Of a DNA stretch of 64,000 bases, positions 12,482-22,849 are shown one piece after another. The position numbers were made by a program, and so were the translations under genes. Position 1 is the stretch's first letter. Every line of letters begins with the position of its first letter. The stretch comes from Kofleriaceae bacterium (GTDB lineage Bacteria > Myxococcota_A > Polyangia > Haliangiales > Haliangiaceae): assembly GCA_965215005.1 (NCBI GenBank), contig CBDCCZ010000018.1, forward strand, positions 192,001-256,000, written 5' to 3'. The notes under the pieces were generated by a model. That model was given only the letters and a program-made list of their open reading frames with translations. It did no database searches and was not told the origin of the DNA.

Positions 12482-15232
12482 TCAAGGAATGCTGAGCTCG
12501 AGGGTCACCAACTCGTCACCGGGGGCGAGCACCAGCGGCGTGCTCGCACGAGCCTGGCCATGCTCAGCAATGAGCTCGATGCTGCCGGTGGCGACGTCGC
12601 GCAGGCGGAAGTTGCCGTCTTGATCGGTCGTGGTGCTGACTCCCGCGGCGACAACGCGGGCGCCGGCGAGGCGGCTACCGTCGGCGTCGCGAACCGTCCC
12701 GGCGAGGGTCGCGCCGCGCTCGAGCGCAATGGCCAGCGGTTGCGGCCTCGCCGAGGAAATTTCGCCAGCGATAGAGCGCGCCGCGTAACCGGGCAGCGCG
12801 GCGCGAAAGGTCCACGAGCCAAACCCCAGCGGGCCAAGGCTAGCGGTGCCATCGGCGCCGGTGCGGCCCTCGATGGCGGCGCCGCCTGGGCCGCGTCCCG
12901 TGAGCGCCACGCCGGGCAGCGCGGCTCGCGTGTGGGCGTCGGTCAAGGAAATCGCCACGGTACCGCCGGCAGGCAAGCGCAGCTCGTCGGTAGAATCGGT
13001 GGCGACAGACGTCAGCAGCGGCGGCGAGTGCGGAGAGCGCACCTCGAGCTGATACGTTCCCGGCGCCAAGGCGGCGATGCGGAGGGTGCCGTGCTCATCG
13101 GTTCGCGCCTGGCGACCGCGACCGCTCGGCCCGGAAAGGATGCGCGCCATGGCATCACGGGCTGGAAATCCAGCTGCGTCGACGACTCGCAGCTGCAAGG
13201 TGGCATCTTGCGCCGCGAGCTCGAAGCTCTCTTCTTGCCGCTGCGCTTGCAAGCCACCGCTGCTCAACACGAGCTCGCGCTCGCGCTCACCGAAGCCTTC
13301 CGCAGTCACCACGACCGTCACCGCGCCGGCCAGCGCCCGCAGTGTGTAATTGCCGCGGTCGTCGGTAATTGCCTTGGCAACCACACGCGCCGACTCGCCC
13401 TGCCCTTCCAGCACTCGCACCCGCGCTCCGGCAACTGCTCCAGCAGGGCCCAAAATTCGGCCCCATACGACCGTCCCCGCCGCCAACGTGAGCGCAATCC
13501 CGGTTATTTCTTCTCCGGCACGAACGGTCAGCGGCTTGCTCGAGCCGGGCGCGAGCTCGGCATCGAACGCGGTGACGACATAGCGGCCTGCAGCGATGCC
13601 CTCTAGGATGAAGCGCCCCTCGCCATCGGTCACCACTCGCTCCGGCGGTGCGGGCACTTGCGAGGCAGTGTCGGAGACCTCCGCCTCGAGCGCTGCCACT
13701 AGCACCGGCTCCTCGAGGGTCGCCGCCACCGGCAACACCACCGCGTGCCGCAACATCGGCTCCGGGTCGACGAACCAGCTGCGGCCGCCGTGCTCGAGCG
13801 ACATCGCAAAATGCAGATGCGGTGCTGAGCGAAGGATTCCGGTGCGGCCGAGGGTGCCGATGGGCTCGCCCGCGCGAACGCGGGTCCCGGGCGCCAGATC
13901 CGCGCGCAGCTCGTCGAGATGAATGTAATAGGTCATCACCCCGCCGCGATGCTCGAGCACGATGAAGCGGCCGGAGATGCCGCGACTCTGCCGGATCGCG
14001 GCGACTACCACGCCGTCGGCAGCCGCATGAACGGTGCTGCCGCGCTCACGGCCGAGATCGACGCCGCAGTGACCACGCCCGCACTCGGCCGGTCTGGTTC
14101 CGGACCGAGCCGCACCAAACTGCAATGCCTCGCGCCCCGGCAGCCGCCGCGTCCCCGCCAGCGGATGCACCCAACGCAGCCCGGTGGCGCGGCTGGCGGC
14201 GAGACCGGCGGCGCCCCCCGTCTTGCCGCCCGGACCATGGCCGGCCAACACCACCTGCGCGCCCCTCACCGGCCCGCCCCGGCCATCGACAACCCGCCCC
14301 GCGATGGTCCCGCCAGGCGCCAGCACCACGGTGATGGCGGCCTGATCCTGGTGTGCCGTCAACACCGGCTGGGCGGTGGCCACATGCCCCGGCGCGCTCG
14401 CCTCGAGGCGCCAACGCCCGCGCGGCAGCGCTGCGACGACAAAGTCGCCCTGCGCCGTGGCGCTGGCGGTCATCACCGCATGATCGACGTCGAGCGGCAC
14501 CAACGCGATGGTCGCGGCGAGGCCGTCGCCGCCGCCATCAACCACCCGTCCGCGCACCGCCGTCCCCGGCTCGAGCGCAAGCTGCAGCGGCGCCGCGTCG
14601 GCTTCGACCTCGGCGCGCACCAGCGGCGACACCGCCGCGCCGCGGTGGGCCCACAGCTCGACGATGCCGGGCGCCAGCTCGTCGAAACGCGCCTGTCCCG
14701 CGGCATCGGTTTGGGCGCTGCGCGCAGGGCCTCCGCTGCCGTCGCGCAGCATCACCTCGGCACCAGCGACCGGCCTGCCCGCCTCGCGCACCTGGGCGAG
14801 CACGGTAATTCGGCGGGTGGCCAGGATGCGCGGCGGCTCGGCGGCGGGACGCCAAGCGACCTTGGCCGCGAACACCGGCGCGCCGCTCAGGAGCAACGAG
14901 CTCGGCGTGGCATCTCCCAGGCGAAACGCGCCCTCGGCGTCGGTTTTGGTCAGCTCCTGCACGCCGTCGGCGACTGCCGCGGCAATGGTGACGCCTTCGA
15001 TGGCGGCGCCCGCGCGGTCGATGACGTAGCCCGACACCGGCAGCGGCTGCAGGCGCGGCGGCTCGCGCGCAGCGCCGGGCGCCGTCGACTGCGGCGCCGC
15101 CTCTGGGCTGGCCGGCGTTGCGGTAGTCGAGGCCGCCAGCACCAGGGCGCCGCCCACGGCTGCGACCGCCGCCGCGACCACTGCGACGCGCCACGGCCTT
15201 CGGCGCTCGAGCGCAGCGCGGCGAGCAATCAT
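12482..15232 (-). CDS. M23 metallopeptidase embedded among carboxypeptidase-regulatory-like (CarboxypepD_reg) repeats
   Basis: HCGVDL, YIHL and PHLHF M23 motifs flanked by repeated GRVVD..G.P..GA.V...TD..G.F units; N-terminal TM. Confidence 0.8.
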   Translation of the reverse strand: MIARRAALERRRPWRVAVVAAAVAAVGGALVLAASTTATPASPEAAPQSTAPGAAREPPRLQPLPVSGYVIDRAGAAIEGVTIAAAVADGVQELTKTDAEGAFRLGDATPSSLLLSGAPVFAAKVAWRPAAEPPRILATRRITVLAQVREAGRPVAGAEVMLRDGSGGPARSAQTDAAGQARFDELAPGIVELWAHRGAAVSPLVRAEVEADAAPLQLALEPGTAVRGRVVDGGGDGLAATIALVPLDVDHAVMTASATAQGDFVVAALPRGRWRLEASAPGHVATAQPVLTAHQDQAAITVVLAPGGTIAGRVVDGRGGPVRGAQVVLAGHGPGGKTGGAAGLAASRATGLRWVHPLAGTRRLPGREALQFGAARSGTRPAECGRGHCGVDLGRERGSTVHAAADGVVVAAIRQSRGISGRFIVLEHRGGVMTYYIHLDELRADLAPGTRVRAGEPIGTLGRTGILRSAPHLHFAMSLEHGGRSWFVDPEPMLRHAVVLPVAATLEEPVLVAALEAEVSDTASQVPAPPERVVTDGEGRFILEGIAAGRYVVTAFDAELAPGSSKPLTVRAGEEITGIALTLAAGTVVWGRILGPAGAVAGARVRVLEGQGESARVVAKAITDDRGNYTLRALAGAVTVVVTAEGFGERERELVLSSGGLQAQRQEESFELAAQDATLQLRVVDAAGFPARDAMARILSGPSGRGRQARTDEHGTLRIAALAPGTYQLEVRSPHSPPLLTSVATDSTDELRLPAGGTVAISLTDAHTRAALPGVALTGRGPGGAAIEGRTGADGTASLGPLGFGSWTFRAALPGYAARSIAGEISSARPQPLAIALERGATLAGTVRDADGSRLAGARVVAAGVSTTTDQDGNFRLRDVATGSIELIAEHGQARASTPLVLAPGDELVTLELSIP

Positions 15233-15245
15233 TGCGCCGGCGTTA

Positions 15246-15261
15246 TGCAGTGCCCAGGCCA
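15246..15261 (-). promoter_or_regulatory. Putative sigma54 promoter of the M23 gene
   Basis: TGGCCTGGGCACTGCA; 14 nt between GC and ATG 15232. Confidence 0.4.
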
Positions 15262-15502
15262 TGAGCGCAAGTCGCGTCTGGCGCTGACGCTGCCGGCGCC
15301 ATCTCCACCGCGCCGCGGGTGTGCCGGGGTATCCGTGGGGCAAATCGAGCAGCTCGTTCCCGAGACGATCGCGCCGCGCGCGTGCCGGGTTGTCGCTCCG
15401 CCGCTCGCGATCACGCCAGCGTGGCAACCGCGAGACCTCGCCCGCACGCGGAGAACGAGCCCCTGCCCGTGATACGCTGCCCCTTCGCCACAAGGAGCGC
15501 CC

Positions 15503-16192
15503 ATGGACTTCATCTTCATGTTGACGCGGTCGGACCGCACCATCGAAGACTGCCTCGAGGTGCTCGACGACGCGCTCGCGGTGGGCCTTGGCCACATTGG
15601 ATTCAAGGACGTCGGGGTTGCGCCCTCTCTCCTGGAAGCGCTGGTCGCCCGCATCCGCGCCGCCGGCGCCACCAGCTACATGGAGGTCGTGAGCACCAGC
15701 GCCGCGGCCTGCCTCGCCTCCGCCGACACCGCCGCCGCCATCGGAGTGGATCGCCTGCTCGGCGGCACCGACGTAGCGGCCATGCTGGCGCGGCTCGCCG
15801 GTTCAAACGTGCAGTATTTCCCGTTTCCAGGGCGTCCTTTCGACCATCCCACCAAGCTCGCCGGCGATGTGGCCACCGTTGAGCTCCATTGTCGCCGATT
15901 CATCGAGGCGGGCTGCGCCGGGTGCGATCTTCTTGCCTATCGCGCCACCGAGGCCGAGCCGCTAGAGCTCGTCCGCGCCGCGCGACGCGGCCTGGGCGCC
16001 GGCGGCACGCTCATTTGCGCCGGCAGCGTCGGGACCGCCGCGCAGATCGCCGCGCTCGCCGCCGCTGGCTGCGACGCGTTCACCGTCGGCTCGGCAGCAT
16101 TCCGCGGCGAGTTCTCGCCCACCAAAGGCGGCCTGCGCGCGCAGCTCCGCGACATTCTCGCTGCCAGCGAGGCTGCCAACGAGCCGGCATGA
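15503..16192 (+). CDS. Uncharacterised phosphate-binding TIM-barrel protein
   Basis: AAGGAG RBS; alternating beta/alpha pattern; C-terminal AGSV...GCDAFTVGSA phosphate-binding-like motif; ATGA overlap with next gene. Confidence 0.7.
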   Translation: MDFIFMLTRSDRTIEDCLEVLDDALAVGLGHIGFKDVGVAPSLLEALVARIRAAGATSYMEVVSTSAAACLASADTAAAIGVDRLLGGTDVAAMLARLAGSNVQYFPFPGRPFDHPTKLAGDVATVELHCRRFIEAGCAGCDLLAYRATEAEPLELVRAARRGLGAGGTLICAGSVGTAAQIAALAAAGCDAFTVGSAAFRGEFSPTKGGLRAQLRDILAASEAANEPA

Positions 16193-17475
16193 CCGACGAT
16201 CCACTCTCCGCGCTGGTCGCCGGCACTTTCGGTGACCCACGAGGCGGCCCGCCGCTGGACGTGGGGGTGCGTAGCGTCGTCATCGATGACCTCGGCGGGC
16301 GCGAAGCCGAGCTGGTGTCGACGCTCGAGCTCGGCGGCTATATCGCCGTCGTCAGCGACGCCGATACCCACGGCATCCTCGGCTCTCGCGTCGAGCGCGC
16401 GCTGGCGAGCGTGGCAAGAATCCAGCGCATCGTGCTCGAGCGCCGTCCCCGCGCCGATGAAGCGACCGCTGCGCGACTCGCCGCGCAGCTGCCCGAGGGA
16501 GTCGAAGCGGTCGTCGCAGTTGGCTCCGGCACCATCAACGACCTCTGTAAGATCACCGCCCATCGTCGCGGTCACGACTACGTCGTCTTCGGCACCGCGC
16601 CGTCGATGAATGGCTATACGTCGATGAACGCCTCCATCAGCGGCGGCGGTGCGAAGCGCTCGTTGCCCGCCCGCGCTCCGGTCGGCGCGTTCTTTGATTT
16701 AGCGACGATCGCGGCCGCGCCACCGCGGATGCTCCGCGCGGGCCTTGGCGAATGCGCGTGCCGCCCCACTGCGCAGACCGACTGGCTACTGTCCCATCTG
16801 CTTCTCGGTACGCCCTACCGCGAGCTGCCGTTTGCGATTCTCGCGGCGGATGAAGCTGCCCTGTTCGCAGAGCCCGAAGCGCTTCTCGCCGGCGATCGCA
16901 CCGTCATACGTCATCTGATGCGCAGCCTGATCTTGTCGGGCTTTGGCATGACGATCTCCGGTGGCAGCTATCCTGCGAGTCAGGGCGAGCATTTGATTTC
17001 GCACTACTTCGACATCCGCCGCCGTGACGACGACCCAGCGCCGCTGCATGGCGAACAAATGGCAGTCACCACGGTGTACATGGCGAGACTGCAGGAGCGC
17101 ATGTTGCGCAGCGGGCAGGCGCCTGTGCTGCAGTCATCGCCTCTGAGTCAAGCCGACGTCATTGGCCATTTCGGACCCCAGGTCGGTCAGCACTGCTGGG
17201 AAGAACTACAGCGCAAAGAGCTCTCCGAGCCGCAGCTCGGGCTGGTCAACGAGCGTCTCGCCGCCCGCTGGAGCTCGATGCGCGCCCAGCTGTTAAGCGT
17301 GGCACGACCTGCCGCGGAGCTCGCCACCATCCTGCAAGCGGCCGGTGCCGCCACGGATCCCGCGGCACTCGGTTGGACGGGCGAGCAGTTCGCACAAGCC
17401 TGCAACAGGGCTCGGCAGCTGCGCGATCGCTTCACCTTCCTCGATTTCGCAGCCCTTGCTCGCGGCTCGCGCTAG
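16189..17475 (+). CDS. sn-glycerol-1-phosphate dehydrogenase (AraM/EgsA family)
   Basis: AVGSGTINDLCK, GTAPSMNGYTS, SYPASQGEHLISH and LHGEQ motifs. Confidence 0.85.
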   Translation: MTDDPLSALVAGTFGDPRGGPPLDVGVRSVVIDDLGGREAELVSTLELGGYIAVVSDADTHGILGSRVERALASVARIQRIVLERRPRADEATAARLAAQLPEGVEAVVAVGSGTINDLCKITAHRRGHDYVVFGTAPSMNGYTSMNASISGGGAKRSLPARAPVGAFFDLATIAAAPPRMLRAGLGECACRPTAQTDWLLSHLLLGTPYRELPFAILAADEAALFAEPEALLAGDRTVIRHLMRSLILSGFGMTISGGSYPASQGEHLISHYFDIRRRDDDPAPLHGEQMAVTTVYMARLQERMLRSGQAPVLQSSPLSQADVIGHFGPQVGQHCWEELQRKELSEPQLGLVNERLAARWSSMRAQLLSVARPAAELATILQAAGAATDPAALGWTGEQFAQACNRARQLRDRFTFLDFAALARGSR

Positions 17476-17490
17476 CCAAGAGTTCACGCA

Positions 17491-17525
17491 CCCGAGCCCC
17501 CGACCCGTAGGTCGCGGGGCTTGGG
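17491..17525. terminator. GC-rich hairpin between convergent genes
   Basis: cccgagcccccgacc-cgta-ggtcgcggggcttggg imperfect inverted repeat. Confidence 0.45.
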
Positions 17526-17574
17526 GCCGCGGCTACGCCGACGCCGCGTCGCCATGTCGCAGCGTCATACTCGA

Positions 17575-18801
17575 TTAGCGCTTGCTGAGGATATTCACTT
17601 CCTTGTGGTGCATCGCGAGAAACACCTTTTGCCCCTGGATGAGCTTCTTGGTTTCCTCTTCGAGCTTGCCATTGACTTCCTTTTCCATCTCGTCGGGGCT
17701 GAGCGCGCGTGCCGAGAACTTGATCGTTTGGCCGCCCTTGATATCGATCATGTCAGGGCGCGGCACGTCCTCGCGCACGATGGCGAGAATTCGCTCGCCC
17801 TTGCCAGCACCATCGGCAGTCTTGAGCCAGAACGCCCGATCGGTCACCGCCTCGTCCACCACCGCCTCGCCAGTCACCATGACGTCAACATGGCTGGCGG
17901 GGTCTTTGGCAAACATCGCGTAGTCGATCGCATCGCCTTCGCCCATGCCACCCGCGGCCTGCGCCGCTGGGTCACGGACCGTCTCATTCATGCTGTCTGC
18001 ATCGATGTACAGCACCTCTTCGGCGATCTGCGTGCTGAGCGAGCGATCGAACGCCCATTTCTGCATCGCTTCTTTGGCGGGCGGCATCTTCTGCAGCTTG
18101 CCTTTGACGTCGACCAGCTCACCAACCTCGACACCCGCGGCGTCGAAGCCCTCTGGCGGCTCGACAAAGGTCATCGCCCGATGGCTATACCCAAGCCAAA
18201 GCCCGTTGCCGGCCTTATTCATCACCGGAACCGCGGTTAGCGAGATTTGTCGGTCAACCAATTTCTCCGGCTCCGCCACCGTGTAGATGGTCATCAGCCC
18301 AACGACACCCTCCGGCTCTTCGGTCTCCGACCAGCGGTCGTATTCGCCAACACGGCGGACGGACGTGGCCACCAAGACCGGCTTTCCTTCCCATTCGACC
18401 TCGACCTCTGAGGAGAGATCCCAGCCGGTGTCGCGCTCGACGTCGGTGGTCATCATTCGCACGGTGCCGGTGACGACGACTTCATCGCCGTCTTCGATGG
18501 TCCGGCCGCCGAGGCGCGGCGCATTCTTGGAAACCACCAACAGCTCTTCGTCAAAGAGCCAATCGTTGCCTTCGAGCTCGAACGAGCGCTCGCCGAAGAC
18601 GTTGTCGACCTCGCCGACCAGCGTCACCTGCTTGCCCGCATAGTCGAACGGCTCCTCGGCCACATCTTCAACGGTCGTGGACGCGGTTTCGGGAACTGCA
18701 ACTTCCTCACTCTTGCATGCGCCGGTCAACGCAAGCGCCGCGAGCGGGGGAGCGATCATCCAACGAGACCAAGCTGTCGTAGGTTGTTTAGTGCGTAGCA
18801 T
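17575..18801 (-). CDS. Lipoprotein with repeated OB-fold-like domains, function unknown
   Basis: Lipobox LTGAC; repeated GKQVTLVGEV...DEVVVTGTV-type units. Confidence 0.7.
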   Translation of the reverse strand: MLRTKQPTTAWSRWMIAPPLAALALTGACKSEEVAVPETASTTVEDVAEEPFDYAGKQVTLVGEVDNVFGERSFELEGNDWLFDEELLVVSKNAPRLGGRTIEDGDEVVVTGTVRMMTTDVERDTGWDLSSEVEVEWEGKPVLVATSVRRVGEYDRWSETEEPEGVVGLMTIYTVAEPEKLVDRQISLTAVPVMNKAGNGLWLGYSHRAMTFVEPPEGFDAAGVEVGELVDVKGKLQKMPPAKEAMQKWAFDRSLSTQIAEEVLYIDADSMNETVRDPAAQAAGGMGEGDAIDYAMFAKDPASHVDVMVTGEAVVDEAVTDRAFWLKTADGAGKGERILAIVREDVPRPDMIDIKGGQTIKFSARALSPDEMEKEVNGKLEEETKKLIQGQKVFLAMHHKEVNILSKR

Positions 18802-18813
18802 GCGCGGGCACTG

Positions 18814-18829
18814 TGCAATCAAGATGCCG
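18814..18829 (-). promoter_or_regulatory. Putative sigma54 promoter
   Basis: CGGCATCTTGATTGCA; 13 nt between GC and ATG 18801. Confidence 0.6.
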
Positions 18830-19080
18830 CTTGGCCGCGTTAGCGGTTGAACCGCTGCAGCCGTTCCCGCGAGCGAGAGCACGCAAGAATGGGCAGGCGA
18901 GCGCGGCGAGCCGCCCCTCACGCTGCTGCTTCGCTGCTGCGAACTGCCTCGCTGTGGCGAGTAGGTGCGTGCGCTGCCTACCGCGTCGGGAGCGCGCAAT
19001 CACTCCACCTGCCGCTGAATCCACCCGTGGCCATTGGGTGGCGGCGGCGTTGGGGTTAGCATGGGCGCCTGGGGGTGACC

Positions 19081-20964
19081 ATGCCGAGTATCAACTTTGC
19101 TACGCACGTGTCCGCGGCCATGGGTGCCGCGCGCAATTTTGGCTCGCTACTGCTTCGCAAAGAGAAGCAAGACGAGGTTCTCGACCGCGCGAGATTAGTG
19201 AAGCGCAAGCTGCCAGCAATCGTCCGCGGCCTCAAGCAGATCTCCAAGTCCGACAAGAGCGAGGTCTTGTCGATTGGGACCTATCTAGAAGAAAACGCCC
19301 GCCTGCGCCCCAACGCGCCAGCGCTACTCTTCGAAGATCGCCGCTACACGCACCGACAGCTCAATGAGCAGGCGAATCGCTACGCCAACCTGTTTCGCAG
19401 TCGCGGCGTCCGTAAAGGCGCGGTCGTGGCGATGTTCCTGGAGAACCGTCCGGAGCTGCTGTTTGCGGTCGCCGGCGCTGTCAAGCTCGGCGCCATCGCC
19501 TCTGTCATCAATACCAATCAACGCAAGAGCGTGCTCGTGCACAGCTTCTCGGTCTGCAAAGCCGAGCTGTTCGTGGTTGGGCAGGAGTTGGTAGAGGCGT
19601 TCCAAGAGGTGCGCAGCGAGCTCGGCCAAGCGCGGCGCGAATCGGTGCTGTTCATCGCAGACTCCGCCGACGCGGCAGCGCCTAGCGACATGAGTGACGC
19701 AGCGCCTCTGCTCGCCGAAGCTGCGACTAGCACACCGGCGGAGCTGCGCGCGGTCACGCTCGGCGACCCGTGTTTCTATATCTACACCTCGGGCACGACC
19801 GGCCTGCCCAAAGCATCCATCATGAGCCACTTTCGGTGGGTCAAAGCGGCGGGAGCCTTTGGCACCATCGCGCTCGACATGAAGCCAACGGATGTCATGT
19901 ACGTCGCCTTGCCGCTGTATCACAACAACGCGTTGAGTGTGGCTTGGGGCTCTGCGGCGTGTGCCGGGGCATGTCTCGTCATTCGCCGCAAGTTTAGCGC
20001 GAGCAAGTTCTGGGAAGATGTCCGTCGCTACCGCGCCAACTGCTTTTGCTACATCGGCGAGCTCTGCCGTTATTTGATGAATCAACCCCGGCGGCCGGAT
20101 GATGCGCACAACCCAGTGCAGAAGATCATCGGCAATGGGTTGCGGCCCGACATTTGGAACGACTTCAAAGAACGATTCGACATCGCCGAGGTCTACGAGT
20201 TCTATGCTGCCTCGGAGGGCAACATCGCGTTCGTAAACGTCCTCAATCTCGACAAGACCATAGGCTTTTGCCCTGCGCCTTACGCGATCGTCGAGTACGA
20301 CATCGATCGCGATCAACCGGTTCGTGGCGCCGATGGCTTCCTCACGCGCGTCAAGCGCGGCGGCACGGGTTTGCTCATCGGTGAAGTGTCTGAGAAATAC
20401 GCCTTCGACGGCTACACGGACCCGGTAGCAAGCGAAAAGAAACTCTTGCGCGATGTCTTCGAGCCCGGCGATGTCTGGTTCAACTCGGGCGATCTCCTCA
20501 AGGACCTGGGCTTTCGTCACGCGCAGTTCGTCGACCGCATCGGCGACACGTTCCGTTGGAAGTCGGAGAACGTTTCGACCAATGAGGTCGCGGAGGTCGT
20601 CAACTCATTCGAGCAAGTAGACGAAAGCACTGTGTACGGGGTTCAGATTCCGGGTACCGAGGGACGGGCGGGAATGGCGGCCGTGGTTGCAAATGTGCCG
20701 GTCGACAACCTCGACATCACGGCCCTCAGCCGACACTTGACCTCCGAGTTGCCGGTCTACGCACGGCCGGTGTTCCTGCGCTTTCGACCGGCCCTCGAGG
20801 TGACCGGGACCTTCAAGCAGAAGAAATCCGAGCTGCGCACCGAAGGCTTTGATCCGGCGGCCGTGACCGAGCCCCTGTACGTGCTCTTGCCGGGCACCGA
20901 CCGCTACACCAAGCTCACCGACGACGTCTTCCGCCGCATTCAGGGCGGACAGATGCGCTTCTAG
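19081..20964 (+). CDS. Long-chain acyl-CoA synthetase (FATP/FadD6 type)
   Basis: YIYTSGTTGLPK, YIGELCRY, EFYAASEG and DRIGDTFRWKSENVST motifs. Confidence 0.92.
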   Translation: MPSINFATHVSAAMGAARNFGSLLLRKEKQDEVLDRARLVKRKLPAIVRGLKQISKSDKSEVLSIGTYLEENARLRPNAPALLFEDRRYTHRQLNEQANRYANLFRSRGVRKGAVVAMFLENRPELLFAVAGAVKLGAIASVINTNQRKSVLVHSFSVCKAELFVVGQELVEAFQEVRSELGQARRESVLFIADSADAAAPSDMSDAAPLLAEAATSTPAELRAVTLGDPCFYIYTSGTTGLPKASIMSHFRWVKAAGAFGTIALDMKPTDVMYVALPLYHNNALSVAWGSAACAGACLVIRRKFSASKFWEDVRRYRANCFCYIGELCRYLMNQPRRPDDAHNPVQKIIGNGLRPDIWNDFKERFDIAEVYEFYAASEGNIAFVNVLNLDKTIGFCPAPYAIVEYDIDRDQPVRGADGFLTRVKRGGTGLLIGEVSEKYAFDGYTDPVASEKKLLRDVFEPGDVWFNSGDLLKDLGFRHAQFVDRIGDTFRWKSENVSTNEVAEVVNSFEQVDESTVYGVQIPGTEGRAGMAAVVANVPVDNLDITALSRHLTSELPVYARPVFLRFRPALEVTGTFKQKKSELRTEGFDPAAVTEPLYVLLPGTDRYTKLTDDVFRRIQGGQMRF

Positions 20965-21150
20965 TACGGCGCCGCGGGATTGATGACGCAAAAATCCGCC
21001 GCCCCGATGCGGGGCAAGGGCGGCAGATTTCTGCTGCTCAGGCGCCCCCTTCGGCGTCTCCCCAAGCGATTGTTGTTTTCTAGCGGTTCATGACTTCCGC
21101 CGAGAACCACTAGACCTCCAGCTCAGCGCGTTCGCGACGGCAAGCCGGAT

Positions 21151-21609
21151 TCACGGCGTGCCGTCGCCGAGCGCCATGACCTCGAGCTTCACCGGCGCCG
21201 TCCCCTTGTCGAGCATACCGAGCTTACGCGCGGCGGCGCGGGAAAGATCGATCACGCGCTGGTTGCCGCCAAACGGTCCGCGGTCGTTGATCTCCACGGT
21301 CACGGCCTCTTCGTTGCGCAAGTTGATCACTCGCACCTTGCTGCCAAACGGCAAGCGCCGGTGCGCCGCGGTCATGTCGTGCATGTCGAAGGTCTCGCCA
21401 CTCGCGGTCGACTGACCGTGGAACCCTTTGCCATAAAAACTCGCGACCCCGCGCATCACGCGAATGGGCTGCGGCTTCTCCGGCTCCTCGACGTGCGCGA
21501 GTGGCTCGCTGCTACTGCTCGGTGGGGCGTCTGAGCAACCGGCTCCCATTGCAATCAGCCCAGCTGCCATGGCCAGCACGCGGCTGCTCCTCATCTTGCT
21601 TCGTTTCAT
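21151..21609 (-). CDS. rlpA: Septal ring lytic transglycosylase RlpA family lipoprotein
   Basis: GVASFYG, TASGE, TAAHRRLPFG, INDRGPF and IDLS motifs; GAGGAGG RBS. Confidence 0.9.
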   Translation of the reverse strand: MKRSKMRSSRVLAMAAGLIAMGAGCSDAPPSSSSEPLAHVEEPEKPQPIRVMRGVASFYGKGFHGQSTASGETFDMHDMTAAHRRLPFGSKVRVINLRNEEAVTVEINDRGPFGGNQRVIDLSRAAARKLGMLDKGTAPVKLEVMALGDGTP

Positions 21610-21795
21610 CTCGACCTCCTCGGCGTAAAGCGCGGCTGGTTTCATCTCTCATGCCAGTTGGCCGCAGCGGCAGGGCCACCAACGTGGGTCACCTTGCCAC
21701 GCTGGGCTCTTCGTCACGCGCAACTCTATGGGCGCCGCGACGAGCGCTCGACTGCTCATGAATCGCTTGCGCCGCGCGTGGTAAAGGAGAAAGCC

Positions 21796-22599
21796 ATGCA
21801 CGGTTCGATCCCTTGCACGCAACACCTCGAAGCAGGCATGTTCATTCGCCGCCGTCGAGGCTCGAGCGCCGCATCACGACTGGTTTGCATTCATGGATTG
21901 GGCGAATCAGGCCTGTGTTTCGATTCGCTCTTGTCGCAACCAGCGCTCGCCGACCACGAGCTGATCATTCTCGACCTTCCCGGCTATGGGCGTAGCGCTT
22001 GGCCCTCGTCCCCACCATCTCTCTCCGATCTCGCGAGCCACCTCGCCGGATGGATCGCGAGCTTGGAGCGCGGCCCCGAGGTGATCGTGCTCGGCCACTC
22101 CATGGGCGGCGTCATCGCGACCTTGTCGGCTGAGCAACGGCCGCAATTGGCCGCAGGGATCATCAACGTAGATGGCAACGTCTCGATTGGCGATTGTAGC
22201 TACAGCAGTGTCGCAGCAGCACAGAGCGAGGAGGACTTCGTGGCCGCTGGATTCGCTGCGCTGCAGGAGTGTCTCTTCGAGGCGGGTGATCGCGCCTCGC
22301 GGGGGTACTTTGCCAGCATGCGGTTTGCCGACCCGCGCAGCGTGCATCGCCACGGCGTCGAGCTCGTGGCACTGAGCAAGGCTGAGAACCTGGCTGCGCG
22401 GTTGGCGGCGGTGGCAACGCCGCACTGCTACGTCGCCGGAGTCCCAGGTGGCGCCGCGGCCCGCTCGCGCGCGCTGTTGGCCGCTGCCGGAGTGGACGTC
22501 ATCGCCATCGAGCCGGCGGGACACTGGCCGTTCATCGACCAACCGGCGCGGTTTGCCGAGCAGACGGCAGCGTGGCTGGCGCGGTTGCCTCAACGGTAG
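21796..22599 (+). CDS. Alpha/beta hydrolase
   Basis: HGLG, DLPGYG, GHSMGG and AGHW motifs; AAGGAG RBS. Confidence 0.9.
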   Translation: MHGSIPCTQHLEAGMFIRRRRGSSAASRLVCIHGLGESGLCFDSLLSQPALADHELIILDLPGYGRSAWPSSPPSLSDLASHLAGWIASLERGPEVIVLGHSMGGVIATLSAEQRPQLAAGIINVDGNVSIGDCSYSSVAAAQSEEDFVAAGFAALQECLFEAGDRASRGYFASMRFADPRSVHRHGVELVALSKAENLAARLAAVATPHCYVAGVPGGAAARSRALLAAAGVDVIAIEPAGHWPFIDQPARFAEQTAAWLARLPQR

Positions 22600-22849
22600 C
22601 GAGCGAACCCGGCTTCGCCTCGGCGGGCGCGCCTGCCCCCCCCCCGGCCGCGGGAAATGCCTTTCCAGTAGCGAGGACGGCACAGGGTCCTCACCGCCCC
22701 AGCGTAGTTCCTCCAGCGCCTCCCTCGCCGCCTGCTGCTTTTTGCGTGACTAGGCCCGGCAAGAATGGTAGCTGGTCGAAATAGTTGGGGGCCGTGTGCC
22801 CCTTGTTAGAAGGCAAGCGCTACGGCGCCACAAGAAGAGAGACAGAATC

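Noticed and set aside
10632..12623. Long antisense or alternate-frame ORFs (e.g. 10632-12623 +, 5612-7324 -, 13919-15472 +)
   Set aside because: Shadow ORFs of real genes in high-GC DNA; Arg/Ala-rich with no recognisable motifs
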